A stretch of DNA of 64,000 nucleotides from Tubulanus polymorphus (Eukaryota; Animalia; Nemertea). The notes beneath the pieces are model-generated. The model had not been told where the DNA came from, did no database searches, and saw only the letters and a list, made by a program, of their open reading frames with translations. Below are positions 24,536 through 36,759 of the stretch, in pieces. Both the position numbers and the translations under genes were made by a program. Numbering within the stretch: position 1 is the stretch's first letter; each line of letters opens with the position of its first letter. The stretch is taken from positions 18,793,910-18,857,909 of the forward strand of contig NC_134031.1 of the NCBI RefSeq assembly GCF_964204645.1, given 5' to 3'.

Positions 24536-26785
24536 ACACAAAATAAAAACAACATCAAAATTCAGAGTAGGATATTCTTATCTTACTGAATTCTCTGCCG
24601 ACAGACGCTGAAAACGGAAACAACACGTCAGACAAAGTGGACGAGTTCAGAAGACTAAAAAACAAATGTCACGGTTGATTAGATAAAGTTTTTTAGAACA
24701 ATGGATTCACGTCTGCGCTGTTATTATCAGCATTGTGTCCATCATTCTGGACAGTTCACACACACTCACACACCGGTTAAAACAAAGCATCCATGACGTC
24801 ATGCGCCGATGACAGATCGGATGGAAATAAGTGAGCCGTTAATATGAGATTTGTCATTAGACAACGCTTTTTCTTACCAGGAAACCTTCCTCGTAGAATT
24901 CTACCGACGAATAATCAGTTACAACCCGGTACTGACTGACCCTTTACCTCAGAGCCCAGTCGCAGAGTCAAGGCTTGGATAAAAACCAGCCTAATCTTTG
25001 GTCTATGGCCAATCTACAATGACTGAATTTAATCAGTATATAAGAGTAAGACCTTCATTAGCACCGTACATAAGTATATAGGTCTCAGAACAAATCAAAT
25101 CAGCATTTTCATTTTCTGGCTAAATGAGAAACAAGGAATACAGAAGTACGGCTGTGAGGTCTGATATCTGCGGACAGTTTAGACAGCCCGGGGAATTCTA
25201 AATATAAAACCTGCTGTCGACGTTCGCTACAAAGCGACGGCAATCAATGTGTATAGAAATAACTCGACTGATTTTTTGATGTTGTCTGTTATGTTGAAGT
25301 ATAAAGGACTCGGAATAGAGACGGAGTGAGCACTGACTCTAAGTCAGTGCGGTGGTTATTGCTAAAATACCTATCATCGATTCACTAGTAATTCTGATTA
25401 TCAAAAATACGTGTAATTTTGTTATTATCGATACTGATAAACTCTACACATATATATCCATAAAAAAGCAGGTACTCTTTGAAATAGTATATCATGTATA
25501 TGTGAAGAAACCTTTCCTGGTCGTGAAAACGGAAAATTGTCACGTGAATTAAGGCGTGAGAGAATATACAAAGTCGGTATTCGGTAGCAACTTAGTATTT
25601 CCATCAATGTTACCAAGGATATAATCTATTTGATTTCATATTCTACTTCCTCCCATTTTAGTAACAGCCAGTTGCCGGCATATCATACATATCATTTGAT
25701 ATGTGAACTCATCGCGGATTTAAACTAAAATCTGAAGTTGTAATTCAACTGAGATTAATTAGCGCTGAAGATAACTGATGTCGTTTCTCGATAAGCTGAT
25801 CAAAGTGTAGTTTAATACACTGACCACACCTCTATCAGTCATCAGTCCGCACAGAGTTCCTTTGATTGTAGAGACTTCAAACTCGTAGATAACTTACACG
25901 ATAGGAAAAATCCTTCATTTTCGATCTACCCGAGGAAGAAATTCATAGAAAGCCGCCTTTACTCGCGAGTAGGGCCCAACGGAGCCGCTTTTAAAAAATC
26001 GGCTTTTTCACTCGTGATACAGATGGCAGCACCTTTCTACACTTCCGCCTTATTTCCGAGTTTATGAATTTCAATTTCTCGCTTGCTACAGACTGTAATT
26101 CATTGACATTTTAGTAATATTATTGATTACGACGTATTATTCCATCGAAATCACCGACGATTATATAAGATCCCCGCACACTAAAAATGAAAAAAGTAAA
26201 CAATGTTGCCCTGAAACTATATCCTCAAAGTCATCTAAAGGACATCGGATTTTCAGGGACGAAGATTTCCTGAATATGACTATGATATTAGGATATGTTC
26301 GAAACGTGGAATAAACTGCTAGCTCAATGATTCTTATTGTTGGATTTATAACGTATTAAACTTTAAAGTAATCTTTGATTCTGAAATCTAAAAATTCAAT
26401 CTACTCACTTAAACTGCTTACAGAGCTGTTGTTGTGGTCAATTCGAGTTGCGACAGTAAATCTGTGTCGAGACAGTTATTATTGTCCCACACGATAACCC
26501 CGCTCTCGACCTACGAAAAAAGGTGGCGGCCAAAGCGGGTTAGAAGTCACATTCTACACATAACCTTCAATTCACAGCCATAATTAACTATCGATTACAA
26601 TAATAATCTTTATAGCTGTATGTCTAAAGGTAAAATCAAAGTTCGATCAAAGATAATCTTCTAGCAGGTAAGTAAGTAAGTAAAAGTCAGTCAGTCAGTC
26701 CTCAGCGGGGATCATGACTGTATGTTATTAGATATAACTGCCGTGTATGGATTATCATCTGATCCGATTTGATATCATCCGTCAC

Positions 26786-26804
26786 CGCCGCTGCTGCTGC
26801 TGCC

Positions 26805-26835
<31 letters not shown>

Positions 26836-26850
26836 CTGACGCTGCTGCTG
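26786..26850. repeat. Imperfect (CTG)n trinucleotide repeat
   Basis: About 20 GCT/GCC units. Confidence 0.92.
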
Positions 26851-28038
26851 ATGTTAATATGTTGTATGATGTACGATGTCCAGTATCCGGTCATAAAGGA
26901 AGTCATTACATGTCTGTGAAATATGAATCAATGTCTTGTTGTTAACTATCCACAGAGAATTGTATGTTATGATCGTATAATTTGATGCCAAGACCCCGAA
27001 AACCCGTAGTAAAATATCGCATAAAACAATGGCATTTTTACAATCGGATAAAGAAGTTATTGCGATCCAAAGAAACGACGCCAATCCGTTATCTCAGATA
27101 GAGTATCCCCCCTCGGCTCCGGAGACAAGAGGATAATCACTTTCTCGATGCCAAAGGTCAAAAGGACGGATCCGCACATCTTTCTTGGAAATATGCGTCA
27201 AACACCTGAACATTAAGAGACAAGTTTTACTAATTTGCGACCTAGATATTCACTTGCGAACAGACCTACAAACAGTATGGACTGGTAAACAAAGCAATTA
27301 GATTTTAAACCGGGGTAATTCTAGTAAACATGTGTGAGAAATATTTGATTTAATGGTCGCACAGTGACCACCTACTGACCGCACGAAAAGGACAGTGGTC
27401 GATGGACAGCTGGGTACCCGGCAGGGGGCGCTCTTGAGACCAGCAGGTTTTGTGCGCTATAATGAACCACAATTTACATTAGACTATATATAGTTACATG
27501 TATTTAAGTGAATTGAAATTTTCAAAAGACAAAAACAAGAAATATTCGATGAAGCAGTTCTTTGACCACCAGGAACCAGACCCGCTAAAGCTAAAACAAA
27601 ATTGAAAATGAACTTAAAATTGTATAGTCAAATTTAACCAATAGCTCTGGGATTGGGTTCAGGGTAAGAATCGACTCTTGAACTAGAATCAGATCGTCTT
27701 CATTTAGTTAGCCTGACTCTACAGTCAAACTTCCACTCACAACTGTAGAACTGCAATTCATAAACCTCAAGGAAAATGGCGACATAACCACTCGAATGTG
27801 AGTGCAGTACATATGAGTATATGAATCCACCTGCATTAATAACACCTTGTTTGAAGCTACTTATCACTTCTACGACAAAGTTGTTAGCGCATCATTTATA
27901 GCATCAGTAACACGTCTTCTACTATTAACCCGCTCTATATCACTCGGACACAGAAGAGCCGATATAAGAAACTCCGAAACTTCAAACAAGCGGAGAGCAA
28001 TCAAAAAATAAATACCTTCATTTTCTTTCACTTAGCAA

Positions 28039-28086
<48 letters not shown>

Positions 28087-28137
28087 TTAATTACTTATAA
28101 AGCGCATTTCTATAAAACATAATCATTGCACTTCACA
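28039..28137 (-). mobile_element. L2-type LINE/SINE 3' end with (ATT)16 tail
   Basis: Minus strand reads TGTGAAGTGCAATGA...GAAATGCGCTTTATAAGTAATTAA(ATT)16, resembling the L2 3' stem-loop (GCGCT.TATAA) plus microsatellite tail. The (AAT)16 run at 28039-28086 is certain. Confidence 0.65.
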
Positions 28138-30082
28138 TTATTAAAACAGATAAGAGAGAAGCAGATTAAAACACTAATTTTACAGGTTTCTAAAATAAAA
28201 AGTTTTATGATAACACGATGAAACGATGAAGATTATATATATATCTATATATGTATACATATATGGTATAAAACGTTTTATAGTATATAGATGCACGTAC
28301 AGGAGGACATTTAACTACTGTGCCATCGTTATCGGCAAATCTAGCTTAATTGGTTGGAGTTTTCTTCTTTCGGGAAGGAATGACAAAGAAAAGATAATGA
28401 GAGAAAATGTCCTTCTGAAAAGAGAGTGACACTGATCCCCTGGACAGTAGTAAGTATCCCCCTTCTCGAGTAACATGTGCTTATTAGCTACATCGCCCGT
28501 GGTATCTGCTCCCCTCCTCACATACCCGGCGGCAACATCCCGGTCTTTGAAGGCGAAATATAATGAATCTCTCCTGGTTTCGATCTAAATCCGTTCGGTG
28601 TCCATGTTTTATTTCATCATCTTTGATGCTTTAATTACAGAAATGCATGTCTAGATCAGATATCGCGCTCGCTTCTCAAACATCTTTCAGGAGATTTGTT
28701 TGATATTTTGTTTTGGACCAAGCCGTGAAACCTGGCAAGTGTGTTCGACTTCGTCGGCGTTACTTCAATTCTGAAATGTGACTGGTCACTTTTGATCTTT
28801 TCGTTTCAACTCATGCATTGAAATAAAGATAGATTGATTGATAGAAAAACCAATTAACTTAAATTAATCAACTGATCAATTTGACCTCACGTGTTAGGTG
28901 CAAGCTTAGTGGGAGAACCTAAAGCTGTTGACCTAACAAATGCCGACATAAGCAGATCCCTTTAAGCCTTCTTTCGGGGTGCCAGATTAGATGATTAAAT
29001 CATGATATGCCCAATTTTGGGCTGCACCTTCCCTGAATCAGACTCTAGATGCGTCCCTGGTAAGTGAAAAACGGGAAAACCCGAATGAGAGAGAAACAAT
29101 TCAACCCATGGGACCGATTCTCAGTGAGTCAGTATTGAGTATGGTAATGATCATCAGAATTATGATGAATTTAATACGACGTATTAAAGCGATGACCAAA
29201 TTAGAACCAGATGTTTCCAGATCCTCCGAAAACGCATCAGTACTATTACTGATTCACAGGATCCAGGTACATGAAGACACGCTGAAAGGACGAAAGAATT
29301 TAATCACCTGATAACAATAGGATCGAAAGCTCACTATTATACTCTAAACATTCCCGCATCTATTGTGCGGGTAAGTCGCCGATGGGCACCCCGCCGGTTC
29401 GAGCACTTATGACTACCCGCCGTCGGCCATTCGCCGCGTCTGAAACAAAGCACGCATCGGTCTCGTTTACCGTCTTAGCACAAATCGTGTCTTCGCGCCA
29501 TTCTTGCGCGTAGACCTACCCCGCCTAAATCGAATTGGGCGGTGTTTTAATTAGCCGATCGTGCTCGTAGCAGTGATCGCGGGTCTTCCTTCAGAAACGA
29601 GCGAGAAAAAAAACACAATACAACACAACAGAAGCAGCTTACGGCAGTGTCCGCCTCGGTACTGATTCGACAGTGCCGTTTTAATTAGCGATTCAAACCG
29701 ATCGGATATCTCCAGTTATTTGTTAAAGAAAGAAGAAAGAGCACCGGGGAACAAGGGACTAACATCTTCTTGCCTCTGATCCGATGACAATATCCAGCAG
29801 ACACTAGACTCGTTGTGTTTATAATTACTGCTGCTAGCTGTTGTAGTAAACAGCGCGGGCTATAGTTCTGTTATAATTAACTATTTGAGTAGATTTCGAC
29901 TCCGGTTCCGATTCGTCCTCTATAATTAATACACGACCGCTACTAATCTAGTTGAACTATAAGTCTTCTCTTACTAATCGCCTTTCCGCGCCGCCGCCGC
30001 AGCAAATGAGAAAATAAACCTTTTTTTACATAAATAGAATTGAAGGAAATCGAATTCACTTCAGATGAAGATGCTAATTCAG

Positions 30083-30210
30083 TGTCGCACGTCATGGCTT
30101 AGGTTTCAGACCAGTTTCGGACCATTGCAGTTCTTAAGCCAATTTAACAACTTAAGACAGTATTTATTATCCTTACGACACTTATGTCACGGCTGTGTGC
30201 AACTGGGACC
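30083..30210 (-). mobile_element. MITE family B, near full length (~128 bp)
   Basis: Imperfect TIRs GTCGCACGTCATGGCTTAG and CTTATGTCACGGCTGTGTGCAACTGGGACC|CAG; the interior contains CCAATTTAACAACTTAAGAC, the core of the 47-bp unit. Confidence 0.65.
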
Positions 30211-31959
30211 CAGAATTTCAAAAGTAGTCAAAACATAACATTTCAAATGAACTTTTAATAATGACTTCATTTTTAAGATTCAACCTGAACCGGAAACCAT
30301 TTGAACAGGCTTCTGTCTTTCCAGTATTCATTCTCAGTAAGTTATTTTCTTATAATGTACACTTTTCTTAATGAAGCAAATTAAATTTTCATTTTTGTTT
30401 ATATTGATTAAATTCAGGAAATATTACGCTAAGCGCGCGGGCACCCGTCAATCGGGAACCTGCCGAAGCCTTTTGAACTGAGGGCTCATTTCCGGCGCGT
30501 TCTGTATCGGGCGGAACCGGAAGTCGAATTACAAGTCGCGGGAGAGTATAATGCCGTCACGGGCGCGCGCGCGCGGTTCTGAAATTCTAGAATTAATAAA
30601 ACTAATGAATTGCGCGTGGCCGGAAATGGGGATGCTTTTTAGCTCAAACTACAATTCAGAATTTCATTTGTATGAAACAAAACAATCCATTAAGAATTCG
30701 AGTGGAAATGGATGCATTTTCAAAGATGAAATGTTGACTCTTTCTTCTGATATCTGACACTTTCCCCGGTTAAATCAATACGTGATCTTTTCAATTTCTA
30801 TTTGTGGCCCTTTTATTTGAATTTCAATGAGATATTAAATATATTTTGTCAACGCGATTTGTTCACGAATAGATTTCAAGCACTTAGATAAAGTCAGTCA
30901 CGGGTTTGTAAACCGAAATTGGGCCCCAAATGCCTTACATTGATTACGTTCTAAATATTTAGGTCTTGCATTGTTTGAGTATTCAGTAATCAGAATTCAC
31001 CTTTTGTCTGTCGTTGAATGGAATTAAACTCTTAAACACCGATCGAAAAAGACGATTTAATGGTTTTAGTGAAACTAAAGTGGGCATAAAATTAGAAATA
31101 GTTCTATGATCACGGCTGCGCAGCTGTTGTGTCGCGTTGTCTTGATTACAAATTGTATGTGACCCGAAGGCGATATCACTACTTCAAAGTTCTTCGAAGG
31201 TTCTTGAGGTATGTCGGCAAATCTGTGACCAAACTGACGGGACGTAAACGTTTATTACAAGCAACGTCACAGTGTTGTTTAATTGAAAATGAAGCCGCCT
31301 AGACGCGGCACTTTAGACATCGATGCCTGAACGCACCCACACAGTGGACGATACATCACACTCGGGGGTACGTCTGCCCGCGGAGATCAGGCCTCGGGGA
31401 GTGAGTTGATTGAAAATCGATGCAGGTGATTGGTGTGCGGGGGTAATACCCCGGAAAACTATTCGCCAGGCTCCGTCGTAAACGTCGCGCCCATTAAACA
31501 ATATTTCCTCGCATTAAACGATCTCGTGTTTAAAGTGCCTTTGTTCGTTTCAGTACGCGAAGAACCCATGATTTATCAGTGTCTTAACGCGGTTTGACTG
31601 ATATATGGATATCGTATGACCGATAGTTTTATGTCGATTGTCGAAATATTATATCATGTATTTACATTATACAATCTTTTCATTGAGTTGTACAAAAACT
31701 TCATCCTTCATTCCTCATTTATCTTTTTTGTTCGAAGGACCCCTTGTTTTTGACAGGCCTATTCCTTTAAGTGTAACATTAAAAATATCTAAACTTCAAG
31801 TTTCAACGAAACCGTCGTAAAAATTCGATGTTGTATCGGTTGCAATTGGTATTAACTTGCCTGACAGCGACTGCGACGTAGAAGACGCCTCAATGTCGCA
31901 AGCAAGTACAATGCCTTAACAAACAGGAAAAAACTTGCTAATCATCATTTTTTCCTCTC

Positions 31960-32544
31960 GAAGAGAGATAGAGCAAGAGAGAGAGAGAGAGAGAGGGAAA
32001 GAGGGAGAGGGAGACGGAGAGAGAGAGGGACAGAGGAAGAGAGAGACGGAGAGAGGGAGAGACGGAGAGAGGGAGAGAGGGAGAGAGGGAAAGAGGGAGA
32101 GAGGGAGAGAGGGAGGGAGGGAGAGATGGAGGGAGGGAGAGAGGGAGGGAAGGAGAGAGGGAGAGAGGGAGAGAGGGAGAGAGGGAGAGAGGGAGAGAGG
32201 GAGAGAGGGAGAGAGGGAGAGAGGGAGAGAGGGAAAGAGGGAGAGAGGGAGAGAGGGAGGGAGGGAGAGAGGGAGGGAAGGAGAGAGGGAGAGAGGGAGA
32301 GAGGGAGAGAGGGAAAGAGGGAGAGAGGGAGAGAGGGAGGGAGGGAGAGATGGAGGGAGGGAGAGAGGGAGGGAAGGAGAGAGGGAGAGAGGGAGAGAGG
32401 GAGAGAGGGAAAGAGGGAGAGAGGGAGAGAGGGAGGGAGGGAGAGATGGAGGGAGGGAGAGAGGGAGGGAAGGAGAGAGGGAGAGAGGGAGAGAGGGAGA
32501 GAGGGAGAGAGGGAGAGAGGGAGAGAGGGAGAGAGGGAGGGGAA
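31960..32544. repeat. ~580-bp polypurine (GA-rich) compound repeat
   Basis: Almost exclusively G/A (GAGAGG, GAGAGAGG units); explains the E/R/G and P/S/L ORFs on both strands. Confidence 0.97.
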
Positions 32545-34369
32545 CGTGTAAGAATTGACCCACATTCTTCGTATCGCGAAAATTGAATCTGTTAAGTCGC
32601 AGAAATTACTAACAAAGGTAATTTTATATTGAGCGTCACTAACGGAGTGAGAGGCTACAGATAGGGAGACTCAGGCTTCACAGTGTTTCTCACATCGAGA
32701 GGAGAGAGCTAGAGAGAGAACGGGCCCCGAGGCTACAGTTTAATCAGATGAAAACACGTACGTGCAGCTTATTTTTGTTTCTTCGATTCTCGTTGCGTCT
32801 TTAATTGACAAAAGAGAATTGTGCAATACTAACTAGCTCGCTACTCGCCTCACTCTAGTGAAGTGAAGTCTTCTATTTATCACCACATCTCCTCACACCC
32901 TTTCTTTGCATCAAATAAAAACATATATACGATTGAATACATATGATTTTAATTCACTATCTTTGTTACGCACAGATGAAAGTTGCGTAAGTCGTATAGT
33001 CACTGCTCCTAGTACTGACTAGTTCTGTTGGTCTACTGATCAGTATGCTTTCTTTCTTTATACGAGTCCCGGTTTCGATCCCGGTATTACCCCCCCCCCC
33101 CCCCGCTGTCACCACTCCACTCCCTTCTCTCGTCGGACCGCTCCCTAATTCTCTCCTCGTATCGTCTTTTTCATTTCTCCTCTATCAATATTCATTTCTA
33201 TGTAATGATGATTACTGGACGAATACGAAAACTAGACCCGGAGGCAATCGATCGCATTTTACAGCGCGACTCGAGTCTATTGAAAGTTTCATCACAAAGA
33301 AACTTTTGATCATATACAATTTCCAGAATGTTCCGAAGATGGAAATAATGCTTCAGTTCGCAATAATTCTAAATCTAACCGACAGCATCGCGGGCATTGA
33401 TTTAAATTCAGAAGTCTTCATCAAGAATGAATTGATTCTCGAAAGCCGACAAAGAGGCATAGTTCGAAGGAGCACTTCCGAATTCATATCAACTCAAATT
33501 TAGATTAAACCTAATTGTCAACACACATATTGAAATGATGCTATCGTGTTTATAAGATCGTTCTAATTCCTAGAACAATGGATGAATATAAAAAGCAAAA
33601 CAAGTTCGATATAGAGTTGTTGTAATCCGCTGTAAGTAGATATACTTGAGACAAAGGAATGCGGTTATTCAAGGGGGGAAATGTTATCAATAACGGATAC
33701 GGGTGAACAGCAAAATATTTACAAGTATAACTGATAAAATCGATGACAAAACCTCTTTAGGTTATCAGACGATGAGTCATAATCCGACTTAATTCGTCAC
33801 CGGGTGACCTTGAGGCCTTCAAGGGCATTCAGAAAATAGTATATGTAATTCAAGATTTGTTTAAGATGCTTGAAAATGTTGTAGGAAATCTACAAAAAAG
33901 CAGATTCAGTAAAACCTATCGCTTTACTAGTCAACTTAATGGTTAAAACTCAAGCAAGTCATGATAGGTTAAGAGGTTTGTATGATAGCTTATTTCGGTA
34001 ATTTTCGGTGGTTTCTCACTATATTCGCAATATTATAAAAATCGTTTCTTTGGAAAGTTGGAGAAATTTATTCGCCCGAATATCAATTCCCAATGTGCAA
34101 GGCATCTCGGAGACAGCCGTTTGATTCGAAGTCAATTCGATCGCTGCGTCATGTATCATAATGGAGTCTCTTGTAAATAAATCTTCCCGTTCGGTCAGGT
34201 GGAGATCCCGGTATATGAGACACAGTCCACAGCTGTCATTCTATTATTACAGTCACAACAGGTGTTTTTTTAGCGATGATCGTTTCAATGTTCAGAGCCC
34301 ATTTCCATAATTGTGACTTACATTTAGGTCAGTTTCAAAATCCAACCGCATTACATCTTCCTGACATAA

Positions 34370-34435
34370 GAAAATCGAACCCCCCTGTTTATTCGTTCCC
34401 GGTAGGTGGAACTGGTGGGTTTACAAAGGACACAT
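34370..34435 (+). mobile_element. SINE-like family fragment
   Basis: AAAATCGAACCCCCCTGTTTATTCGTTCCCGGTAGGTGGAACTGGTGGGTTTACAAAGGACAC. Confidence 0.45.
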
Positions 34436-35593
34436 TGAATAACTTAGGAATCAGTTATGATAACTCAGGGAAAATCATCCCGATTAAAAAATGAAAAAAT
34501 AAACCAGTTCGTTTTCAAAAATAGTCAAATTCATTTTAGCAGTGGAACAGGGTCCATAATTCTATGTAGACGTCCGATGGCGATGCAAGAATTGAAGGAC
34601 ATTATAAAATCTTAACATTATTTATCTCTTCAATATCGATAGTGGATACTTCATATACATACTTTCTACACTAAAATGATCTATATTTGTTAATAACTGA
34701 CCGGTGATTAGAGAGGCCTTGCTCGTGTTTACTCAAGTCTAATCAAGCTTCGAGAAGTGAAGAATCAACAAATGAATCACCATCTTCGACGTGAGTCAAA
34801 TCTACAGCTGGTCATCGGTGCGAGAAATGGCCTCGACGCCAACGATGATCAGGATTCGAATATAACTTTGTTGTTGTTGTGGTTTTAGTATAGTTATTGG
34901 TTGGGTAGTTTTCTCGATCCTGTAACAGTACCGTCGATTGAAACTGGTGCTGAAACCGGCTGTAATTATAGTCTACCCGCAATCAGATAAACAGTTTACG
35001 CCGAATGATTGTAAACAAGAGTGAAATACCAGCATCGAACTGATAAAACTATTTACGATGATACCGATCACGGTGTATAAGACCGAGAACAAAGAACCTT
35101 ATTAATCGTTGATTAGAATTCTAGAAATTTCCATATATCTTTCATACCTTAAACACGAGCTGAAAATAATCAATTCTGTATATTCACAATTCTTTAATTC
35201 AACCTTTGTTGTTATATATAAGTTATACGTAATTTTCCTGTATCGATTCGTGAGTTTCTCATTTGAATTATCTCATTTTGAATATTCTAGAATCAGTGTG
35301 AATGATGAAAGCGGGGTCGATATGATATTTGTAATTACTGTGAATATACGTGTTTTATCTTCCCTTGTCTCTGACACAATTTAACAATTTAGAGATATTC
35401 TAATTAGCCCTATATAATTATGCCCTCCAGCTATCACTATACCTGAATCGTAAGAGACTTATTTTAAAGATAGATCTATTTAGCTTTGAGAAAATATGCA
35501 TTCAATCAACGGTAAATGTTAGATCCTATAACCGAGTCGTACACAAAATGGCGGCTTTTTCAATCGATAAGATCAGAAGGGTTAGTATCAAGA

Positions 35594-35638
35594 GGGTTTA
35601 GGGTAGGGTTAGGGTAGGGTAGGGTTTAGGGTTAGGTT
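35594..35638 (+). repeat. Degenerate telomere-like (T1-3AGGG)n tract with seven GGG runs
   Basis: GGGTTTAGGGTAGGGTTAGGGTAGGGTAGGGTTTAGGGTTAGGTT. Confidence 0.85.
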
Positions 35639-35690
35639 AATTTGGGGAGTTTGCTACAAATTGGATGAATTCTTTGCCTTTTCACACCGC

Positions 35691-35720
35691 AAAAGACAAT
35701 CTATGAAATTGTCAAAAGCA
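35691..35720 (+). promoter_or_regulatory. Conserved upstream element (-46 to -17) of tRNA-Tyr copy 1
   Basis: AAAAGACAATCTAtgaaaTTGTCAAAAGCA; 26/30 identical to the element at the same offset before copy 2; contains GACAA-N9-TTGTC. Confidence 0.6.
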
Positions 35721-35736
35721 CCAGATGACACATGTG

Positions 35737-35828
35737 CCCTCGATAGCTCAGTTGGTAGAGCGGAGGACTGTAGAGTAATGTGACAAGTAGACATCCTTAG
35801 GTCGCTGGTTCAAATCCGGCTCGAGGGA
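35737..35828 (+). tRNA. tRNA-Tyr(GTA) with 19-nt intron (35774-35792)
   Basis: CCCTCGATAGCTCAGTTGGTAGAGCGGAGGACTGTAG-[AGTAATGTGACAAGTAGAC]-ATCCTTAGGTCGCTGGTTCAAATCCGGCTCGAGGGA. 73-nt mature cloverleaf with eukaryotic Tyr identity elements (C1-G72, A73), intron at the canonical 37/38 position, intron antepenultimate G able to pair with C32, and a T6 terminator just downstream. Confidence 0.97.
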
Positions 35829-35830
35829 CA

Positions 35831-35836
35831 TTTTTT
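35831..35836 (+). terminator. Pol III oligo-T terminator of tRNA-Tyr copy 1
   Basis: TTTTTT immediately 3' of the tRNA gene. Confidence 0.85.
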
Positions 35837-36615
35837 ACCTTTCTTTTAGATTCACAAAACCAGTCTCAAGACCATTCTTACAAATTAGTGGGGCGATTAA
35901 CTTTAAATTCTATTGTAAAGGAAGCGCATATTGTTTGATTTACTAAAGCAATGGTTTTACGAAATATAGGAATTAATCCATCATTGATCACATCATACGG
36001 TCGCAAACTCCGGTTTTAGTCAATCTTTAACGAAAATGATCTATTTTTAGAAGTGGCGAGTCTATCGACCTTTCTTTGAATGTCGCGTAAGATCGAATTA
36101 AACGTGAGGAGCCCACTTCAAACAAAACACCGCAACACATCAAAGCATCTCAGATGCGAATGCTGGAAAATGGATAATGGGTTGATAGCACGGTGCACGG
36201 CGGTAATTAGTAATCTTCGAGCATCGTCCGGTAAAAGCGTGGACCGTGTAAATCCGTCTGTTCTTCTGTGTGTCTGTGTGTGTAAACAGTACGTCGCGTA
36301 GGCTGATCACGTGTTGGGCGACGATACCTGCTATTTCCGCTTTACACACCGGAAATGATGCATTTAGCATTAGTGCGCAGGATCAAATACTGTACGCGAC
36401 CCGTGCGAACCCCACCCCAACCCCCCGATACTAAACAACAGCCCCCAGCCTGCTTTCAAACTGTCAACCTCCAACGTGCTTCATCATGATCTCTTGCTTT
36501 CAAGTCGAACTGTGCATTCGAAGTGGATGAAGTACTTGTTTCAATGGGTTAATAGAAACACACGAGAACTGAGATGCCCTTTCTGACCGTCAATCAGAAG
36601 TGAAGCAACGCCGAA

Positions 36616-36645
36616 AAAAGACAATCTACAACTTTGTCAAAAGCA
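36616..36645 (+). promoter_or_regulatory. Conserved upstream element (-46 to -17) of tRNA-Tyr copy 2
   Basis: AAAAGACAATCTAcaactTTGTCAAAAGCA at the same spacing as in copy 1. Confidence 0.6.
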
Positions 36646-36661
36646 GCGGAGATTGTATGCG

Positions 36662-36751
36662 CCCTCGATAGCTCAGTTGGTAGAGCGGAGGACTGTAGAG
36701 TTGACACTGGTGGATATCCTTAGGTCGCTGGTTCAAATCCGGCTCGAGGGA
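36662..36751 (+). tRNA. tRNA-Tyr(GTA) with 17-nt intron (36699-36715)
   Basis: Exons identical to the 35737 copy; different intron AGTTGACACTGGTGGAT at 37/38; T6 terminator 3 nt downstream. Confidence 0.97.
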
Positions 36752-36753
36752 GG

Positions 36754-36759
36754 TTTTTT
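36754..36759 (+). terminator. Pol III oligo-T terminator of tRNA-Tyr copy 2
   Basis: TTTTTT immediately 3' of the tRNA gene. Confidence 0.85.

Noticed and set aside
26786-26850. Possible polyQ/polyA coding exon
   Set aside because: No convincing flanking ORF or splice sites; treated as a microsatellite.
31916-32586. The longest ORFs (206-215 aa) on both strands
   Set aside because: Translations of a GA/CT simple repeat that cannot contain stop codons.
32976-32986. Possible 11-nt microexon (CACAG|ATGAAAGTTGC|GTAAGT)
   Set aside because: Frame-disrupting length and readily expected by chance; cannot be supported without RNA data.
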